Below are positions 58,601 to 64,000 of a stretch of DNA of 64,000 nucleotides, one piece after another. This DNA is from Heptranchias perlo (lineage: Eukaryota): positions 124,001-188,000 of the forward strand of contig NW_027139217.1 of NCBI RefSeq assembly GCF_035084215.1, given 5' to 3'. Under the pieces are notes generated by a model. That model did no database searches, was not told where the DNA came from, and worked only from the letters and a program-made list of their open reading frames with translations. The translations under genes and the position numbers were made by a program. Numbering within the stretch: the first letter of the stretch is position 1; each line of letters begins with the position of its first letter.

Positions 58601-59391
58601 TTTGGTAGATCGAATCGGGCCAGGACCTACTCCGTTAATGGTAGGGCGTTGGGGAGAGTTATAGAACAAAGAGATCTCGGAGTACAGATTCATAGCTCCT
58701 TGAAAGTGGAGTCACAGGTGGATAGGGTGGTGAAGAAGGCATTCAGCATGCTTGGTTTCATTGGTCAGAACATTGAATGCAGGAGTTGGGATGTCTTGTT
58801 GAAGTTGTACAGGGCATTGGTGAGGCCACACTTGGAGTACTGTGTACAGTTCTGGTCACCCTATTATAGAAAGGATATTATTAAACTAGAAAGAGTGCAG
58901 AAAAGATTTACTAGGATGCTACCGGGACTTGATGGTTTGACTTACAGGGAGAGGTTAGACAGACTGGGACTTTATTCCCTGGAGAGTAGGAGGTTAAGGG
59001 GTGATCTTATAGAAGTCTATAAAATAATGAGGGGCATAGATAAGGTCGATAGTCAAAATCTTTTCCCAAAGGTAGGGGAGTCTATAACGAGGGGACATAG
59101 ATTTAAGGTGAGAGGGGAGAGATACAAAAGGATCCAGAGGGGCAATTTTTTCACTCAAAGGGTGGTGAGTGTCTGGAACGAGCTGCCAGAGGCAGTAGTA
59201 GAGGCGGGTACAATTTTGTCTTTTAAAAAGCATTTGGACAGTTACATGGGGAAGATGGGTATCGAGGGATATGGGCCAAGTGCAGGCAATTGGGACGAGC
59301 TTAGTGGTATAAACTGGGCGACATGGACATGTTGGGCCGAAGGGCCTGTTTCCATGTTGTAACTTCTATGATTCTATGATTCTATGATTCT
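55681..59391 (+). mobile_element. CR1 LINE copy 2, near-identical to copy 1 at a constant 20556-bp offset
   Basis: Same 5' junction, internal lesion and tail; differences noticed at 59050 (C>T) and 59297 (TAG>GAG). Confidence 0.97.
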
Positions 59392-62300
59392 CTCTTTCTC
59401 TCTGCGTGCGCCTCTCTTTCTCTCTGCGTGCGCCTCTCTTTCTCTCTGTGTGCGCCTCTCTCTCTCTCTGTGTCCGCCTCTCTTTCTCTCTGTGTGTGCC
59501 TCTCTTTCTCTCTGCGTGCGCCTCTCTTTCTCTCTGTGTGTGCCTCTCTTTCTCTCTGTGTGCGCCTCTCTCTCTCTCTCTCTGTCCGCCTCTCTCTCTC
59601 TCTGTGTCCGCCTCTCTTTCTCTCTGTGTGTGCCTCTCTTTCTCTCTGTGTGTGCCTCTCTCTCTCTTTGTGCCCCTCTCTCTCTGCGTGCGCCTCTCTC
59701 TCTCTCTGCGTGCCCCTCTCTCTCTGCGTGCGCCTCTCTCTCTCTCTGCGTGCGCCTCTCTCTCTCTCTGCGTGCGCCTCTCTCTCTCTCTGCGTGCCCC
59801 TCTCTTTCTCTCTGCGTGCGCCTCTCTCTCTCTCTGCGTGCGCCTCTCTCTCTCTCTGTGTGCGCCTCTCTCTCTGTGTGCGCCTCTCTCTCCCTCTGCG
59901 TGCGCCTCTCTCTCTCTCTGCGTGCGCCTCTCTCTCTCTCTGTGTGCGCCTCTCTTTCTCTCTGTGTGCGCCTCTCTTTCACTCTGTGTGCGCCTCTCTC
60001 TCTCTCTGTGTGCGCCTCTCTTTCTCTCTCTGTGTGCGCCTCTCTTTCTCTCTGTGTGCGCCTCTCTCTCTCTCTGTGTGCGCCTCTCTTTCTCTCTGTG
60101 TGCGCCTCTCTCTCTCTCTGTGTGCGCCTCTCTTTCTCTCTGCGTGCGCCTCTCTCTCTCTCTGTGTGCGCCTCTCTCTCTGTGTGCGCCTCTCTTTCTC
60201 TCTGTGTGCGCCTCTCTTTCTCTGCGTGCGCCTCTCTCTCCCTGCGCGCGCCTCTCTCTCCCTGCGCGCGCCTCTCTTTCTCTGCGCGCGCCTCTCTCTC
60301 TCTGCGTGCGCCTCTCTCTTTCTCTGTGTGCGCCTCTCTCTCTGTCCGCCTCTCTCTCTCTCTCTGTGTCCGCCTCTCTCTCTCTCTCTGTCCGCCTCTC
60401 TCTCTCTCTCTGTGTCCGCCTCTCTCTCTCTCTCTGTGTCCGCCTCTCTCTCTCTCTGTGTGCGCCTCTCTCTCTCTCTGTGTGCGCCTCTCTTTCTCTG
60501 CGTGCGCCTCTCTCTCTCTCTGTGTGCGCCTCTCTCTCTCTCTCTGTCCGCCTCTCTCTCTCTCTGTGTGCGCCTCTCTCTCTCTCTGTGTGCGCCTCTC
60601 TTTCTCTGCGTGCGCCTCTCTCTTTCTCTGTGTGCGCCTCTCTCTCTGCATGCGCCTCTCTTTCTCTCTCTGTCCGCCTCTCTCTCTCTCTCTGTGTCCG
60701 CCTCTCTCTCTCTCTCTGTCCGCCTCTCTCTCTCTCTCTGTGTCCGCCTCTCTCTCTCTCTCTGTCCGCCTCTCTCTCTCTCTGCGTGCGCCTCTCTCTC
60801 TCTCTGCGTGCGCCTCTCTCTCTCTCTGCATGCGCCTCTCTCTCTCTCTGTGTGCGCCTCTCTCTCTCTCCGTGTGCGCCTCTCTCTCTCTGCGTGTGCG
60901 CCTCTCTCTCTGTGTGCGCCTCTCTCTCTCTGTGTGCGCCTCTCTCTCTCTGTGTGCGCCTCTCTCTCTCTCTGCGTGTGCCTCTCTCTCTCTGTGTGCG
61001 CCTCTCTCTCTCTGTGTGCGCCTCTCTCTCTCTGCGTGCGCCTGTCTCTCTCTCTGTGTGCGCCTCTCTCTCTCTGTGTGCGCCTCTCTCTCTCTGTGTG
61101 CGCCTCTCTCTCTGCGTGTGCCTCTCTCTCTCTGTGTGCGCCTCTCTCTCTCTGTGTGCGCCTCTCTCTCTCTCTGCGTGCGCCTCTCTCTTTCTGTGTG
61201 CGCCTCTCTCTCTCTCTGCGTGTGCCTCTCTCTCTCTGTGTGCCCCTCTCTCTTTCTGTGTGCGCCTCTCTCTCTCTCTGCGTGCGCCTCTCTTTCTCTC
61301 TGTGTGCGCCTCTCTCTCTCTCTGTGTGCGCCTCTCTCTCTCTGTGTGCGCCTCTCTCTCTCTCTGCGTGCGCCTCTCTCTCTCTGTGTGCGCCTCTCTC
61401 TCTCTCTGTGTGCGCCTCTCTTTCTCTCTGTGTGCGCCTCTCTCTCTCTCTGTGTGCGCCTCTCTCTCTCTCTGTGTGCGCCTCTCTCTCTCTCTGTGTG
61501 CGCCTCTCTCTCTCTCTGCGTGCGCCTCTCTCTCTCTCTGTGTGCGCCTCTCTCTCTCTCTGTGTGCGCCTCTCTCTCTCTCTGTGTGCGCCTCTCTTTC
61601 TCTCTGTGTGCGCCTCTCTTTCTCTCTGTGTGCGCCTCTCTTTCTCTCTGTGTGCGCCTCTCTCTCTCTCTGTGTGCGCCTCTCTTTCTCTCTGTGTGCG
61701 CCTCTCTCTCTCTCTGTGTGCGCCTCTCTCTCTCTGTGTGCGCCTCTCTCTCTCTCTGTGTGCGCCTCTCTCTCTCTCTCTGTGTGCGCCTCTCTCTCTC
61801 TCTCTGTGTGCGCCTCTCTTTCTCTCTGTGTGCGCCTCTCTCTCTCTCTGTGTGCGCCTCTCTTTCTCTCTGCGTGCGCCTCTCTCTCTCTCTGCGTGCG
61901 CCTCTCTCTCTCTCTCTGTGTGCGCCTCTCTTTCTCTCTGTGTGCGCCTCTCTCTCTCTCTGTGTGCGCCTCTCTTTCTCTCTGTGTGCGCCTCTCTTTC
62001 TCTCTGTGTGCGCCTCTCTCTCTCTCTGTGTGCGCCTCTCTTTCTCTCTGTGTGCGCCTCTCTCTCTCTCTGTGTGCGCCTCTCTTTCTCTCTGTGTGCG
62101 CCTCTCTCTCTCTCTGTGTGCGCCTCTCTTTCTCTCTGTGTGCGCCTCTCTCTCTCTCTGTGTGCGCCTCTCTTTCTCTCTGTGTGCGCCTCTCTTTCTC
62201 TCTGTGTGCGCCTCTCTCTCTCTCTGTGTGCGCCTCTCTCTCTCTCTCTGTGTGCGCCTCTCTCTCTCTCTGTGTGCGCCTCTCTCTCTCTCTGTGTGCG

Positions 62301-64000
62301 CCTCTCTTTCTCTCTGTGTGCGCCTCTCTCTCTCTCTGTGTGCGCCTCTCTCTCTCTCTGCGTGCGCCTCTCTCTCTCTCTGTGCGCCTCTCTCTCTCTC
62401 TGTGTGCGCCTCTCTCTCTCTCTCTGCGTGCGCCTCTCTCTCTCTCTCTGCGTGCGCCTCTCTCTCTCTCTCTGCGTGCGCCTCTCTCTCTCTCTGTGTG
62501 CGCCTCTCTCTTTCTCTCTGTGTGCGCCTCTCTCTCTCTCTGTGTGCGCCTCTCTCTCTCTCTGTGTGCGCCTCTCTCTCTCTCTGTGTGCGCCTCTCTC
62601 TCTCTCTGTGTGCGCCTCTCTTTCTCTGCGTGCGCCTCTCTCTCTCTCTCTGTGTGCGCCTCTCTCTCTCTCTCTGTGTGCGCCTCTCTCTCTCTCTGCG
62701 TGCGCCTCTCTTTCTCTCTGTGTGCGCCTCTCTCTCTCTGTGTGCGCCTCTCTTTCTCTCTGTGTGCGCCTCTCTCTCTCTGCGTGCGCCTCTCTTTCTC
62801 TCTGCGTGCGCCTCTCTCTCTCTCTGCGTGCGCCTCTCTCTCTGTGTGCGCCTCTCTCTCTCTGCGTGCGCCTCTCTCTCTCTCTGTGTGCGCCTCTCTC
62901 TCTCTCTCTGTGTGCGCCTCTCTTTCTCTCTGTGTGCGCCTCTCTTTCTCTGCGTGCGCCTCTCTCTCTCTGTGTGCGCCTCTCTCTCTCTCTCTGCGTG
63001 CGCCTGTCTCTCTCTCTGTGTGCGCCTCTCTTTCTCTCTGTGTGCGCCTCTCTCTCTCTCTGTGTGCGCCTCTCTCTCTCTCTCTGTGTGCGCCTCTCTC
63101 TCTCTCTGTGTGCGCCTCTCTTTCTCTCTGTGTGCGCCTCTCTCTCTCTCTGTGTGCGCCTCTCTCTCTCTCTGTGTGCGCCTCTCTCTCTCTCTGTGTG
63201 CGCCTCTCTCTCTCTCTGTGTGCGCCTCTCTTTCTCTCTGTGTGCGCCTCTCTTTCTCTCTGCGTGCGCCTCTCTCTCTCTCTGCGCGCGCCTCTCTCTC
63301 TCTCTGCGCGCGCCTCTCTCTCTCTCTGCGTGCGCCTCTCTCTCTCTCTGTGTGCGCCTCTCTCTCTCTCTGTGTGCGCCTCTCTCTCTCTCTGCGCGCG
63401 CCTCTCTCTCTCTCTGCGTGCGCCTCTCTCTCTCTCTGTGTGCGCCTCTCTTTCTCTCTGTGTGCGCCTCTCTCTCTCTGTGTGCGCCTCTCTTTCCCTC
63501 TGTGTGCGCCTCTCTCTTTCTCTCTGCGTGCGCCTCTCTCTCTCTCTGCGTGCGCCTCTCTCTCTGTGTGCGCCTCTCTTTCTCTCTGCGTGCGCCTCTC
63601 TCTCTCTCTGTGTGCGCCTCTCTCTCTGTGTGCGCCTCTCTTTCTCTCTGCGTGCGCCTCTCTCTCTCTCTGTGTGCGCCCCTCTCTCTCTCTGCGCGCG
63701 CCTCTCTCTCTCTCTGTGTGCGCCTCTCTTTCTCTCTGTGTGCGCCTCTCTCTCTCTCTCTGTGCGCCTCTCTCTCTCTGTGTGCGCCTCTCTCTCTCTC
63801 TGTGTGCGCCTCTCTCTCTCTCTGTGTGCGCCTCTCTTTCTCTCTGTGTGCGCCTCTCTCTCTCTCTGTGTGCGCCTCTCTCTCTCTGTGTGCGCCTCTC
63901 TTTCTCTCTGTGTGCGCCTCTCTCTCTCTCTGTGTGTGCCTCTCTCTCTCTCTGCGCGCGCCTCTCTCTCTCTCTGTGTGCGCCTCTCTCTCTCTCTGCG
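59392..64000. repeat. ~20-24-bp satellite, block 3 (runs off window)
   Basis: Direct reading. Confidence 0.97.

Noticed and set aside
30842-60831. Giant ORFs of 1400-5800 aa (RERE.. and LSLCV..), including apparent fusions to CR1 ORF1
   Set aside because: Open in all six frames because the satellite lacks stop codons; pure low-complexity translation.

Overview
Eukaryotic, repeat-dense DNA, almost certainly from a cartilaginous fish (shark-type leader MIGLIVLVVLCGGVSA, abundant CR1 LINEs). The only host gene is an MHC class I alpha-chain gene on the + strand, reconstructed by hand from GT/AG boundaries: leader 15621-15669, alpha1 19040-19300, alpha2 27073-27345, alpha3 28861-29136, TM 29914-30039, cytoplasmic exon 30701-30736. 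All introns are phase 1 and the frame is open. The last exon(s) are not seen because intron 6 is over 33 kb of a ~22-bp CT/TG satellite carrying two near-identical CR1 copies. An ISRE plus X-Y promoter module (11695-11783) is separated from the ATG by a 3.6-kb minisatellite. The rest is mobile DNA (CR1s, a Gmr1-type Gypsy relic, a Harbinger Myb/SANT relic, a Penelope-like fragment) and many distinct minisatellites. Main findings: (1) several intron ends are amplified into minisatellites built from the splice signals themselves; (2) a relic second alpha1 exon 3' end with an intact donor sits in intron 2; (3) the groove has 7 of 8 classical anchor residues but Y59N; (4) a T-TTA-AAC -1 frameshift heptamer sits at the ORF1/ORF2 junction of two different CR1 families; (5) a minimal hammerhead ribozyme fold lies antisense in intron 1. 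The giant ORFs in the ORF track are repeat artefacts. No database searches were run, so family names come from motif recognition.
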